From: an uncultured Erysipelotrichaceae bacterium
Lineage (GTDB): Bacteria > Bacillota_I > Bacilli_A > RF39 > UBA660
Length of the DNA stretch: 63,648 nt
Assembly: GCA_902798815.1 (NCBI GenBank)
Contig: CADBYH010000005.1
Span: forward strand, 1 to 63,648
Direction of reading: 5' to 3'
A program made the position numbers and the translations under genes. Below are positions 18,992 to 29,359 of the stretch, one piece after another; the first letter of the stretch is position 1, and each line of letters begins with the position of its first letter. The notes beneath the pieces were generated by a model. That model was not told where the DNA came from, did not search any database, and worked only from the letters and a program-made list of their open reading frames with translations.

Positions 18992-19555
18992 CTACTCCTC
19001 TTCTTTTCCATCATACTTTCCATCATTATTATAATCTATATATTTCTTTTTTGTTTTATAATTCTTAATCTTTGAATTTTCATCACTAATAAGTGAATTA
19101 CACTTCTTAATATTATTATTATAATTATTAATATCTGTAACAAAATAATTTACAACTTGTTCATATATACTTTTATAATTCATACATTTTTTATTTGTAG
19201 AACTATCTGGATAATATGCATCTTCACATAATTTATTTAATTTTAAAGTGTTTCCTTCTAATTCATCAACTAAATTCTCATAATTAGATAATTTATTTTT
19301 AATATCCTTATCCCCAGAAACAATAGAATCACATACCATTCCCTCTAAAACATCTTCATACAATTTATCTCTATACTCTTCAAATACAGATGTATTTGTA
19401 CTAAATATTTCAAACTCATCATTAACATAAAACATTCTATTTAATGTTTCTCTTTTATCATTTCTTAGTCCTAACAAAAATTGTGAAAAACCTCCAGAAA
19501 CAATCAAAACTAAACTTAGTGTAAGCATTCCATAAGCTATTTTTCTTATCTTCAT
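18992..19555 (-). CDS. Hypothetical exported helical protein
   Basis: N-terminal hydrophobic segment, four Cys, C-terminal DYNNDG. Confidence 0.7.
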   Translation of the reverse strand: MKIRKIAYGMLTLSLVLIVSGGFSQFLLGLRNDKRETLNRMFYVNDEFEIFSTNTSVFEEYRDKLYEDVLEGMVCDSIVSGDKDIKNKLSNYENLVDELEGNTLKLNKLCEDAYYPDSSTNKKCMNYKSIYEQVVNYFVTDINNYNNNIKKCNSLISDENSKIKNYKTKKKYIDYNNDGKYDGKEEE

Positions 19556-19626
19556 ATTATCACCTAATTATAATTTTAACATATTTATAATTCTTTTTAA
19601 ATAAAAAAGACAAAATAATTGCCTTT

Positions 19627-20190
19627 TTAATCTTTATATTTACCTACAATCTTTTTTCCTTTAAATTCTCTCGATCTATTAGGAATCACTCCTCCAGATG
19701 TATTTCCACTTGCTTCCTTAGCACCACTATTAATGTAAAATACTTCATCATCTTTAAATACTTTTGTTTCATATGTCCTACTTTTCAATTGATCTAAAGT
19801 AGCATTATCAATCCCTTTATATACTCCCTTATATTTTTCTATTAAAGTAACATAGTATTGATAATCACTACCAATATTAGTAACCATAACATACGAAGCA
19901 TCCTTTAAATATTCATCATTATTTGGTGTAGTATCTAAAGTACCATCATTAAGATACCCTAACGTAAGAATAATACACTCATCTGTTTTTGGTTTTTTAA
20001 TATATTTGTTTTGACTACTTTTTACTTTATATTCTGCAAGAGATATTAACTTCTTTGCATCTTGAACATAAACTTTATCTTTATTTTTTTTAACAAGATT
20101 AGAAATCCCAGGTATAGCAATCATCATTAAAACACTTAATAAAACCATTACTCCTAATAATTCAACAAGTGTAAAACCTTTTTTATTCAT
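19627..20190 (-). CDS. Type IV prepilin / competence pseudopilin-like protein
   Basis: KKGFTLVELL class III signal peptide. Confidence 0.85.
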   Translation of the reverse strand: MNKKGFTLVELLGVMVLLSVLMMIAIPGISNLVKKNKDKVYVQDAKKLISLAEYKVKSSQNKYIKKPKTDECIILTLGYLNDGTLDTTPNNDEYLKDASYVMVTNIGSDYQYYVTLIEKYKGVYKGIDNATLDQLKSRTYETKVFKDDEVFYINSGAKEASGNTSGGVIPNRSREFKGKKIVGKYKD

Positions 20191-20194
20191 ACAA

Positions 20195-21079
20195 TCACCT
20201 TTTCTTCTTAAATATTAATAATTTGCTTAATATATAATTAATAATTATAACAATAATATTTGATATAATCTTTGATAAAAGTTCATTACAACTAAATATA
20301 TCAACCAATAAATACATAAAACCTAAATCAAAAACTAAAGACAAAAGTCTACAAATAAAAAAATAAATACATTCAACCATCGTCTTTTTAAAACCAACAT
20401 TTCTACTTTCGAAAACAAATAGTTTGTTAGTAATAAAAGCAAATAAAACTGATACAACCCAAGCTAAAGAATTACTTAAAAGCATATCTATATTAGCTGC
20501 TCTAAAGAGCATATAACTTATAATATTAATTAATGTTGTACATCCTCCAAAAAATAAATATGAAATAACTTCTTTATACTTATGAAACCATGCAACATTA
20601 TCTGTTTCATCAATATATTTATTTAAATTCTTAATCATATTTTTAGTATTACTCTTAAACTCTTTTGGTTTAAATTTCTTACTTTCCTTTATTAACTCAC
20701 CTAAATCATCACCATCATTATATTCAAGTAAATAACCTTGCTTTTTAAATTCACCAATTATTTGTTTTTGATGATCATTATGATGTTCCATATATTTAGA
20801 AAGTCTAGGAGCAGCAATAATCCTTTTACCCTTTTTTATTGCAGATAAAATAGTACCTGCACCACCATGAGTAATAACTAAATCTGCTTTATCTAATAAT
20901 TCTTCAAATTCAGGAGCAGGTATCAAATCAAATATTTCCATATTTTTTGATTCATATTTGGTTTGCCCAGCTTGAACTACAACTTTATCGTTAATTACCT
21001 TATCATCAATAAGTTTATCAACATCTTTAAGTAACCTATCAAATTGTTTATCTTGAGTACCTAATACAACTAATATCAT
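20195..21079 (-). CDS. PssE/Cps14G (Alg13-like) glycosyltransferase fused to a GtrA-family domain
   Basis: ILVVLGTQ...FDRL, ITHGGAGTI, EHHNDHQ; C-terminal four-TM domain (YLFFGGCTTLIN, FITNKLFVF). Confidence 0.85.
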   Translation of the reverse strand: MILVVLGTQDKQFDRLLKDVDKLIDDKVINDKVVVQAGQTKYESKNMEIFDLIPAPEFEELLDKADLVITHGGAGTILSAIKKGKRIIAAPRLSKYMEHHNDHQKQIIGEFKKQGYLLEYNDGDDLGELIKESKKFKPKEFKSNTKNMIKNLNKYIDETDNVAWFHKYKEVISYLFFGGCTTLINIISYMLFRAANIDMLLSNSLAWVVSVLFAFITNKLFVFESRNVGFKKTMVECIYFFICRLLSLVFDLGFMYLLVDIFSCNELLSKIISNIIVIIINYILSKLLIFKKKR

Positions 21080-21555
21080 TAGAAAATCCACCCCCAGAAA
21101 TCACTCTTAGGATAAATATCTTTCATACTCTCCCATTGAACAATAAATTTATCTGAAAATAAATATATTAATTTGCCGGTAGATGTTTTTGTAACCATAT
21201 TGGCAAATGTTTCAATATATATTATTTTACTACCTAAAATTTTACCTATACAACACATTGGTCCCGCTGTATGAGTACCTGTAGTAATAATATAATCAGG
21301 AGTATATTTTAAATATAAATAAAAACTTTTAAAGCAATTATATATTAACTTAAACGGATAACTAAATAAATGATGTTTTGTTCCATAAACCAAATAACCA
21401 ACTCTATCTTTATAAATGTCTTTTAAATATTCATTTGACTTTGTCTTCTCAGTTATAACTTGATAATCATAGTTATCAAACATTGGACTAAGTTGTAATA
21501 ATTCATTTAAATGTCCTCCTGTTGAAGATATAAACATTACTTTCTTTTTACTCAT
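21079..21555 (-). CDS. PssD/Cps14F (Alg14-like) glycosyltransferase partner
   Basis: SSTGGHLNEL, PDYIITTG, IYIETFA, FIVQW; TAATG coupling to next gene. Confidence 0.9.
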   Translation of the reverse strand: MSKKKVMFISSTGGHLNELLQLSPMFDNYDYQVITEKTKSNEYLKDIYKDRVGYLVYGTKHHLFSYPFKLIYNCFKSFYLYLKYTPDYIITTGTHTAGPMCCIGKILGSKIIYIETFANMVTKTSTGKLIYLFSDKFIVQWESMKDIYPKSDFWGWIF

Positions 21556-22699
21556 AAACATCACTCTCTTCAATAAGTGAAAACCACTCTTCTCCTACTA
21601 CCTCACTAGTATATTTATTAATACTTTTTCTTGCATTCTTTCCAATTCTTACTCTTTCACTTTTACTTTCAATCAAATCTTCAACTTTTTTTGCCATCAT
21701 CTCAAAATTTCTATTTCTAATTAAATAGCCATTTTCCCCACTATTAATTATTTCTCTAGCACCTTCTGCAGAATCCATCGCAATACATGGTATACCATGA
21801 CTCATTGCTTCAATCAAAACTATACCAAATGATTCTGTATAAGAAGTCATTAAATATAATGATGATTTATTCATTAATTTATCAATGTATTCTTTTCCTT
21901 GAAATCCATGAAGTTTTACATTTTCTCCTAAATTGTATTTTTCTATATACTTTTCTAATAATTCTCTATCTTTACCATCACCAATAATATCAAGTCTCCA
22001 ATCAGGATAATCTTTATTAATCAATCTATATAATTTTAATAAATCAAGATATCCCTTTTCCGGAGAAAGTCTACCAACACTTATTAATCTCTTTTCATCA
22101 AGTTTAGAAACCTTCTTTGGAACACTATCAATATAATTAGGAATATATACAGTCATGCATTTTTGTCCTAACAATCTCTTTTTATAATACTTCTCTAAAT
22201 CAGAAGAAACCAAAACTAAATAATCTAATTTTTTAACACTTCTAACAACTTTATGAGCATATTTATAATTATCATGAAAATGATTATGCTCCCAACCAAT
22301 TTTTAAAGTTTGTTGTTTACCATATAAACTTAACCATTCATTAAAAATATCTCTTGTTGATATAATCACATCACTATCACAATTTTTAATATAATTAATC
22401 ATACTTTTTTTACGATATTTTAACACTTTAGCAGCATAATTAAACTCTTTCATAATATCAAAAACATTATGAGAATTCAAAGCAACTCTAAGCGATTCAT
22501 GATTAGGAATAATATCTCTTTTATTTAAATATACTACTTTAACTTTTTTATTTAATTCAAAAACACTTTCATCATATAATTGATAACTACATGCAATTTC
22601 AATATCATATCTTTCACATAATAAATTTGCAAGAGAAACAATAGATTTTTCTATACCACCATAACCTAAATGTAATGAAAGTATTGATATTTTTTTCAT
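21548..22699 (-). CDS. Glycosyltransferase family 4
   Basis: GGIEK, VGRLSPEKG, ESFGIVLIEAM. Confidence 0.92.
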   Translation of the reverse strand: MKKISILSLHLGYGGIEKSIVSLANLLCERYDIEIACSYQLYDESVFELNKKVKVVYLNKRDIIPNHESLRVALNSHNVFDIMKEFNYAAKVLKYRKKSMINYIKNCDSDVIISTRDIFNEWLSLYGKQQTLKIGWEHNHFHDNYKYAHKVVRSVKKLDYLVLVSSDLEKYYKKRLLGQKCMTVYIPNYIDSVPKKVSKLDEKRLISVGRLSPEKGYLDLLKLYRLINKDYPDWRLDIIGDGKDRELLEKYIEKYNLGENVKLHGFQGKEYIDKLMNKSSLYLMTSYTESFGIVLIEAMSHGIPCIAMDSAEGAREIINSGENGYLIRNRNFEMMAKKVEDLIESKSERVRIGKNARKSINKYTSEVVGEEWFSLIEESDVYE

Positions 22700-22791
22700 T
22701 ATAATCACCTTAAATAAATTATAACATTATTTTATTAATTAACAAATAAATAAAAGAAAAAAAAACAACTTTCGTTGTTTTTGATTTTAAA

Positions 22792-23901
22792 TTATTGTTG
22801 AGGAACAACTGGTTGTACTGGTTGTTGTGTAACTTGAGGTACAGCTTGTGCCACTACTGGTGCAGCAGGTGCTGCTGGTGCAACTGATACAACTTCAGCA
22901 ACTTGAGGTGCTGCTGCTTGAGTTTGATCAACAGGTTGAACAACTGCTTGAACTGGCTGAACTGGTGCAGGTTGAACAACTGGTGCAGCAACTTGTTGTG
23001 TCTCAACTACTGCAGGTGTCTCATTTACAACTGGTGCAGCAACTTGTTGTGCTGGTGCAACTGGAGGAATTGGCTGAGTATTTTCCATAGGATCAGCTCC
23101 TCCATATATTTGATGAGTTTGATTATTACTTACATTTACTTCTCCAACTGCAGGATTTGCTCCACCATAAATAACTGGTGCTTCTGCAGGTGCTGCTGTA
23201 ACTACTGGAGTTTCTGCAACTGGTGCTTCGACTACAGGAGCTTCTGCAACAACTGGAGTTTCTGCAACTGGTGCTTCAACTACAGGAGCTTCTGCAACAA
23301 CTGGAGTTTCTGCAACTGGTGCTTCGACTACAGGCGCTTCTGCAACAACTGGAGTTTCTGCAACTGGTGCTTCAACTACAGGCGCTTCTGCAACAACTGG
23401 AGTTTCTGTAACTGGTGCTTCAACTACAGGTGCTTCTGCAACAACTGGCGCCTCTACAGGAGTATCAACTGCAATAGGTGCAGTTGGATCAACAGTTTGA
23501 ACACTCATTGTATCAGGTGTCATAGGTGCAGGTACATCTGCAGCAACTGGCGCTGGTGATTCCACTGCAATAGGTGCAGCAGGATCAACGACAGGTACAC
23601 TTGAATCTACTGGCGCTGGTGATTCTACCGCAATAGGTGCAGCAGGATCAACAACTGGCGCATTTGGATCAACTGCTTGAACAGCACTTGGATCAACAAC
23701 TGGTTGAACAGGTGCAGTAGTAACTCCCGGTACAGTCATTTCTGATTGTTGAGGTTGATCGTTATTAGCCATATTCTTCTTCTCTTTTTTTGATTTTTTT
23801 CCTGTCAAAATTAATACCACAAATGCCACAATTAATAAAACTACTCCAGCCGTAATTAATATTCCTGGAATCGTAGTGAACCACTTAAAATTAAAACTCA
23901 T
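22792..23901 (-). CDS. Membrane-anchored P/V/A/E/Q-rich low-complexity protein
   Basis: Single N-terminal TM then basic stretch; tandem repeats; two IYGGA(N/D)P motifs. Confidence 0.8.
   Translation of the reverse strand: MSFNFKWFTTIPGILITAGVVLLIVAFVVLILTGKKSKKEKKNMANNDQPQQSEMTVPGVTTAPVQPVVDPSAVQAVDPNAPVVDPAAPIAVESPAPVDSSVPVVDPAAPIAVESPAPVAADVPAPMTPDTMSVQTVDPTAPIAVDTPVEAPVVAEAPVVEAPVTETPVVAEAPVVEAPVAETPVVAEAPVVEAPVAETPVVAEAPVVEAPVAETPVVAEAPVVEAPVAETPVVTAAPAEAPVIYGGANPAVGEVNVSNNQTHQIYGGADPMENTQPIPPVAPAQQVAAPVVNETPAVVETQQVAAPVVQPAPVQPVQAVVQPVDQTQAAAPQVAEVVSVAPAAPAAPVVAQAVPQVTQQPVQPVVPQQ
23204..23443. repeat. Five 48-bp coding tandem repeats (VAEAPVVEAPVAETPV)
   Basis: ACTGGAGTTTCTG recurs at 23204, 23252, 23300, 23348, 23396. 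Confidence 0.9.
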
Positions 23902-23992
23902 TAAAATCTACTCCCTTTATTCTATATACTCTAAAATAATTCTAACAAAAAACATTTACAATTGCAAATGTTTTATTTTTATGACATTTTCT

Positions 23993-24649
23993 TTACAGTG
24001 TAAATAATGTCCATAACCCTTCCTGAGGAGGGTTTTCCTTAAATTCAAGAATCTCTTTTGTAACTGGATGTGTAAACGATAAATAATAAGAAAATAAACA
24101 TATTTGTCTTTTATCCTGAACTCCATATCTTTGATCACCAATCAAATAATGACCTCTTGATGCAAATTGAATCCTTATTTGATGATGCCTACCAGTCTTT
24201 AAATCAATAGAAACTAAACTACAATTATTCTTTTTATTATAGTCAATCAGTAAATACTCTAAAACTGCCTTTTTACCATTTTCGCTTATAAATGCATTCC
24301 CATTCTTATCCTTATCTATATAATCAACATATTTTCCAATAGAATCTACTTTACCATGTACAATTGCAAAATATTTTTTTACTATACTATGTTCATTAAA
24401 ACTCTTAGATAATCTTGCAGCTGCCTTACTAGTCTTAGCAAAAACCATAATACCTCCTACCGGTCTATCAAGTCTATGAACAAGTCCTAAATATACATTT
24501 CCAGGTTTATTATATTTTTCTTTTAAATAACTCTTAATCATATCCATTATAGATATATCTCCCGTATTATCAGATTGACTCAATACATTAAAAGGTTTAA
24601 CAACAACAATAATATGATTATCCTCATACAATATTTTAAAATTATTCAT
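23993..24649 (-). CDS. RluA/RluD-family RNA pseudouridine synthase
   Basis: ILYED, VHRLDRPVGG, TGRHHQIR. Confidence 0.92.
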   Translation of the reverse strand: MNNFKILYEDNHIIVVVKPFNVLSQSDNTGDISIMDMIKSYLKEKYNKPGNVYLGLVHRLDRPVGGIMVFAKTSKAAARLSKSFNEHSIVKKYFAIVHGKVDSIGKYVDYIDKDKNGNAFISENGKKAVLEYLLIDYNKKNNCSLVSIDLKTGRHHQIRIQFASRGHYLIGDQRYGVQDKRQICLFSYYLSFTHPVTKEILEFKENPPQEGLWTLFTL

Positions 24650-25514
24650 TTTCTTCCCATCTTCCATATATACCACACGGTAATATCAATTCACTATTTG
24701 AAATAGGAAGACCAATCTCCCCACAAGATATTTTTCCTGAATACTTACTATTAACATTAATATATAATAAATTTTTAAGAACATAAGAACTTAAACCAGT
24801 AGTATATGAATTAATTAGAAAAAATAAAGGTCTATCACTAAGAATTTCTGAACACAATTCAATTAAATAATTCAAATTCTTTTCTATATCCCATACTTCT
24901 CCATTCGAACCTCTTCCATAACTTGGAGGATCCATAACAATAGCATCATATTTGTTTCCACGTCTTATTTCTCTCTTTACAAATTTTACAACATCATCAA
25001 TTAAATATCTTACTTCAGCATCTTGATAACCAGATGCTTTTACATTCTCTTTACACCATTCAACCATTCCTTTAGATGAATCAACATGAACAACACTTGC
25101 ACCTGCAGATAAACATGCAACCGTTGCCCCTCCTGTATATGCAAAAAGATTTAATACTTTTATTTTTCTACCAGAATTCTTTATCTTATTAACCATAAAA
25201 TCCCAATTAATAGCCTGTTCAGGAAATAAACCGGTATGCTTAAAACCCATTTGTTTAATATTAAACTTTAAAGAATTATAATCAATAACCCAAGAAGCAG
25301 GAACATTCTTAATATTATCCCAATGTCCTCCACCTTTATTACTTCTATAATATATAGCATCAATCTTTCCATGATACTTAACTGATAAATCTCCATTATC
25401 CCATATAACCTGAGGATCTGGTCTTAATAAATATATATCCTTCCATCTTTCATATTTCATTCCACGTGATGCATCAATTAACTCATAATCCTTCCATTTA
25501 TCACATAAAATCAT
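24642..25514 (-). CDS. Class I SAM-dependent methyltransferase (RlmI/RlmK-like)
   Basis: HTGLFPEQ, VLNLFAYTG, VMDPPSY. Confidence 0.88.
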   Translation of the reverse strand: MILCDKWKDYELIDASRGMKYERWKDIYLLRPDPQVIWDNGDLSVKYHGKIDAIYYRSNKGGGHWDNIKNVPASWVIDYNSLKFNIKQMGFKHTGLFPEQAINWDFMVNKIKNSGRKIKVLNLFAYTGGATVACLSAGASVVHVDSSKGMVEWCKENVKASGYQDAEVRYLIDDVVKFVKREIRRGNKYDAIVMDPPSYGRGSNGEVWDIEKNLNYLIELCSEILSDRPLFFLINSYTTGLSSYVLKNLLYINVNSKYSGKISCGEIGLPISNSELILPCGIYGRWEENE

Positions 25515-25542
25515 ATAACCACCTCATAATTTGTATATTATA

Positions 25543-26622
25543 TCACATATTTTCATATAATTTCAGATTATCTTCACAAGCCTTATTACCCGGTTTTAAT
25601 TTTAATGCCTTTTTACTATATTTAACAGCATTTTCTTTATCACCTAAATAATAAAAACTATAAGCAATACCAAAAAAAGGTAAAAAAGCATTATAATCTA
25701 CTTCAGCTTGAGGATCATCTTCACCAAGTCTTATTGCAAGTAAAAACCAATATTTAGCAGTATCATAACATTCCAAAGAATTAAATATTTCTCCTAATTT
25801 ACAACAAACAAAAGGCGTTGGTTTAGCAAACTCCAAATACTCTAAAAGAATCTTTTTAATATCCTCTACACCCATATTAATTCTTTCATATAATTCATGT
25901 TTAATCATTATAGCATCATCAAAATAAAACTTATTATACTTATACTCATCTTTATGAGAAAAAAACTTATCAACAGTTTCTAATGCCTCTGTATTATAAT
26001 TATTACCCTTTAATTCCTGAGAAAACAAATATAAATCTCTAAGAGAAAACTCAATACCTTGCTTTTTCATTCTCCTGTATATATCCAAATTTCTAGTAGG
26101 TTCAGCAACCTCTATTTTCTTATGATGAATTGTAATATCAGTTTTCTCTATATTACCTTCAAATTCCATATATTCATGTATCATACCATGCCATCTATCT
26201 TTATGATTGTTTTTAACTATTCTTGCCCTATCTTGTAAATAAGTAGTATTATCATTTTCATCTTGTAAATAACTATAATGCATTTGATAAATATCTACTT
26301 TATCATCTAATTTATTTTTTAACTCTTTTAACTTTTCTAACTCTTCTTTATAAATCACATCATCTGCATCCAACCACATAATAAAATCACAAGTTGATTT
26401 AGAAAAGGAAAAATTCCTTGCAGCAGAAAAATCATATATCCATTCAAAATCATACACTTTAACAGGATATTTTTCTAATATTTCTTTAGTCTTATCTACA
26501 GATCCAGTATCTACAATAATCATTTCATCAAAAAGATCACAACAACTATCTAAACATCTTCCAATAACTTCTTCTTCATTCTTAACAATCATGCATAAAC
26601 CCAAAGTAGGTTTCTTTGCCAT
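25543..26622 (-). CDS. GT2 glycosyltransferase with C-terminal TPR repeats
   Basis: CMIVKNEE, VDTGSVD, DFSAARN, WLDADD, IHE; TPR-like helices. Confidence 0.88.
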   Translation of the reverse strand: MAKKPTLGLCMIVKNEEEVIGRCLDSCCDLFDEMIIVDTGSVDKTKEILEKYPVKVYDFEWIYDFSAARNFSFSKSTCDFIMWLDADDVIYKEELEKLKELKNKLDDKVDIYQMHYSYLQDENDNTTYLQDRARIVKNNHKDRWHGMIHEYMEFEGNIEKTDITIHHKKIEVAEPTRNLDIYRRMKKQGIEFSLRDLYLFSQELKGNNYNTEALETVDKFFSHKDEYKYNKFYFDDAIMIKHELYERINMGVEDIKKILLEYLEFAKPTPFVCCKLGEIFNSLECYDTAKYWFLLAIRLGEDDPQAEVDYNAFLPFFGIAYSFYYLGDKENAVKYSKKALKLKPGNKACEDNLKLYENM

Positions 26623-26636
26623 ATTAACACCTCATT

Positions 26637-27176
26637 TTATTCTTCATTTACATCTATAATTGAAAAAATATCTTTATTATCATTTAATTCAACAATATTA
26701 ATTACTGTTCCAATACCAGTAACAATACCACCTAATTCTTTAATCTTATCAACAATAACATTCATAGTATTACCAGTTGCATATATATCATCAATAATAT
26801 AAAATCTTTTTTTATTATAATTATCATTTACCAACTTAGGTAATTCCAAAATATCTTCTCCATATTCTTTTTCATAAGTTAACTGTGCTTCAACCGTAGT
26901 TGGAGGAAGTTTACCAACCTTTCTTACAGGAATAAGTCCAACATTAATTCTATCAGCAACGCTCGCTCCAAATAAAAACCCACGTGCCTCAGGAGCAACA
27001 ATATAATCAACATTTTTATTCTTTACTTCTTCTACAAAAAAATCAGTAATCTTTTTAAAAACTTCTCTTTGTAAAATCAAAGGATTAATATCAATAAATT
27101 CAATCCCCTTTATAGGAAAATCCATCTCTGTTCTAATATTTAAATCCATATCTAACTTATTATTTAATATTCTCAT
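26637..27176 (-). CDS. apt: Adenine phosphoribosyltransferase
   Basis: DFPIKGIEFIDI, PEARGFLFG, RKVGKLP, EYG, IIDDIYATG. Confidence 0.92.
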   Translation of the reverse strand: MRILNNKLDMDLNIRTEMDFPIKGIEFIDINPLILQREVFKKITDFFVEEVKNKNVDYIVAPEARGFLFGASVADRINVGLIPVRKVGKLPPTTVEAQLTYEKEYGEDILELPKLVNDNYNKKRFYIIDDIYATGNTMNVIVDKIKELGGIVTGIGTVINIVELNDNKDIFSIIDVNEE

Positions 27177-27222
27177 AAAAACCTCCTCAAATTTAAAAAA
27201 GGAACTATAATGTTCCTTTAAA

Positions 27223-28062
27223 TCACGAAATTACATTAAAAGTCTTACCATAAGTAGTTATTAACAATGAACCATTATAGGCTAATATATAATCTTTATT
27301 TTCTGTATAAGATTCAAATTCTCTCATTTCAAATTTACAAGCAACATCTGCATATTTTGTACATTCTTTTTCATTTTTAACATACATCTTAAATGCTTTA
27401 GAATCTGACATTACAAAAGTAGATCCTGAATTTTCTCCATAATAATTAAAATCAATAATACTTCCTGAAAAATCATTCTTATTATAAACCATTGTCATAC
27501 TTTCAATTGCTGGTGGTGTATTTCTATCAGCTTGTACAACTTTATATGAATATACATTTCCATCATTCTTTAATGCATAATATATACCTGCTTTTGAATC
27601 TACAGTATTAACTTTATATGTACCTGTTTGTTTCAATAATAAATCAATTATTGGATAATCTGAATCATTAGAAGCAACCTCTGTATATTTTTCTCCCCTA
27701 GTTCCATCATCTTTTAAATAATAATATTTTCCATCAGAAGATTTAAACACCTTATCATCAAATAAAGAAACAACATCTAAATCTGTATCTGCTTTTTTAC
27801 AATTTGAGTTATTAGCATATTTCTGTCCTAAAGATATTTCATACAATTCTCCATCTTCAGAAATAATACTACTACTAGTAAGATATCTGATTTTTTTATA
27901 ACTTGTATCGTCTTTATCCTCTGGCATAAATTCATCACACGAAAAATCTCCTCCAACAGAAAATCCCTCATGTCTTAATGAACGTGTTATATCTCCTTCA
28001 CAACCAGAACAAAAAACTATTACAAACATAAATACTATTAAAAAACATATGGTTTTCTTCAT
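27223..28062 (-). CDS. Putative lipoprotein
   Basis: MKK + hydrophobic core + CSGC lipobox; start ATG 28062. Confidence 0.75.
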   Translation of the reverse strand: MKKTICFLIVFMFVIVFCSGCEGDITRSLRHEGFSVGGDFSCDEFMPEDKDDTSYKKIRYLTSSSIISEDGELYEISLGQKYANNSNCKKADTDLDVVSLFDDKVFKSSDGKYYYLKDDGTRGEKYTEVASNDSDYPIIDLLLKQTGTYKVNTVDSKAGIYYALKNDGNVYSYKVVQADRNTPPAIESMTMVYNKNDFSGSIIDFNYYGENSGSTFVMSDSKAFKMYVKNEKECTKYADVACKFEMREFESYTENKDYILAYNGSLLITTYGKTFNVIS

Positions 28063-28115
28063 ATTAACATCCCTACCTTTAATATGAATATACCATACTT
28101 TCAAAACAAAATAAA

Positions 28116-28958
28116 CTAGAATTTTTTAATAGTGTCAAATATATAATTCACAGAATTATTCTCATAACCATAATAATCCTTAATTGCTGCATGAGCACTC
28201 TTAATACTCTTTTTATTATATATTTTTATAAGCTTTTTATGAACAATCTCAATACTTTCAATATCAGAAATAAACTTTTTACTCTCAACTTGCATAATTC
28301 CAAGTCTACACTTTCCACCATTTATTCTATATTTAGCATTATCTATTCTTCTCATAAATTTATTTCTTCTATTATTTTCATATATCATAATAGCATATAA
28401 AACATTTGATAATTCTCTATTATCATCATCACATTCATCATAATAAAAATATTTAAACTTTGCATAATTAGATAATATACTATTAATACTAATTTGTTTA
28501 TTATTACCTGTATTAACATTAGTAAATATTTTTTTATTCTTTGAAAAATTATAAACAAACAACATAGCAGCAGTCCATAAAATAATTCTTAAATCCTCAC
28601 CAGTCAAAAACACTTCACTAACATTATTAATAAATTCCTGATTAATAATAAAGCCAACTATAATTAATATAATATAGTATTTAACATTACCTTCACTAGG
28701 ATCAAAAAAATCATCATCAATAATATAACTACTAAATAAAATATCAATAATCATCATAAAAACAAATGCTAAAAATATATTATCAGTACACTTAACAAAT
28801 CCTAATCTATAACATATACCCGCAGTAAGTAACATAAGTATAATTGAAAAAATCAACTTATCTGACTTACTTAAATCATATTTGGCATTTAAATAATTAA
28901 TTATTATATAAAAAATAATACCAAATAATATACAAGACACTAATCCAACAAAACCCAT
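28116..28958 (-). CDS. Hypothetical membrane protein (about five TM plus soluble C-terminal domain)
   Basis: Hydrophobicity; C-terminal AIMIYEN...LGIMQV faintly lysozyme-like. Confidence 0.7.
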   Translation of the reverse strand: MGFVGLVSCILFGIIFYIIINYLNAKYDLSKSDKLIFSIILMLLTAGICYRLGFVKCTDNIFLAFVFMMIIDILFSSYIIDDDFFDPSEGNVKYYIILIIVGFIINQEFINNVSEVFLTGEDLRIILWTAAMLFVYNFSKNKKIFTNVNTGNNKQISINSILSNYAKFKYFYYDECDDDNRELSNVLYAIMIYENNRRNKFMRRIDNAKYRINGGKCRLGIMQVESKKFISDIESIEIVHKKLIKIYNKKSIKSAHAAIKDYYGYENNSVNYIFDTIKKF

Positions 28959-29010
28959 AATCCACCTCATTTAAGTAGTTATTATATATCTTTTATAATA
29001 ATTTGTAAAA

Positions 29011-29307
29011 CTATTTTTTATCATATGACTTAAGTCTCTTCTTAATTAATAATACTAAATCCATAGAACCATTAATCTTATTAAGTACTAATAAAGCATC
29101 CTGTAACTTTGTTTTATCGCTAACATTATCCTTTATATATTCTGCTTCCTTCTCATAATCAAAGTTAGAGATTGGATTAAGTTTCAAATAATCTTCTATA
29201 TATTTTTTAATATCTTCCAAAACATATTCTTTAAGACTATACTCATCCATTAAACTAACACCATAATATCCACCAACCAAATATCTATATGTATCTTCTA
29301 AACTCAT
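29011..29307 (-). CDS. Hypothetical protein
   Basis: 98-aa ORF with GGTGA RBS. Confidence 0.7.
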   Translation of the reverse strand: MSLEDTYRYLVGGYYGVSLMDEYSLKEYVLEDIKKYIEDYLKLNPISNFDYEKEAEYIKDNVSDKTKLQDALLVLNKINGSMDLVLLIKKRLKSYDKK

Positions 29308-29359
29308 TTAAATCACCAATAATATAATAACAAAAAAAAGAGTTTTATAAAACTCTCTT

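Noticed and set aside
19627-20190. Type IV pilin as part of the SipW fibre system
   Set aside because: Uses a prepilin peptidase signal, lies far from the locus and has no assembly genes nearby
23204-23443. CRISPR array
   Set aside because: Repeats are contiguous, in frame and lack unique spacers; no cas genes in the window
22848-23559. Plus-strand ORFs of 62-218 aa, some Cys/Trp-rich and repetitive
   Set aside because: Antisense shadows of the repeat-rich minus-strand gene; the same applies to 43002-43364, 43103-43285 and 45650-45865
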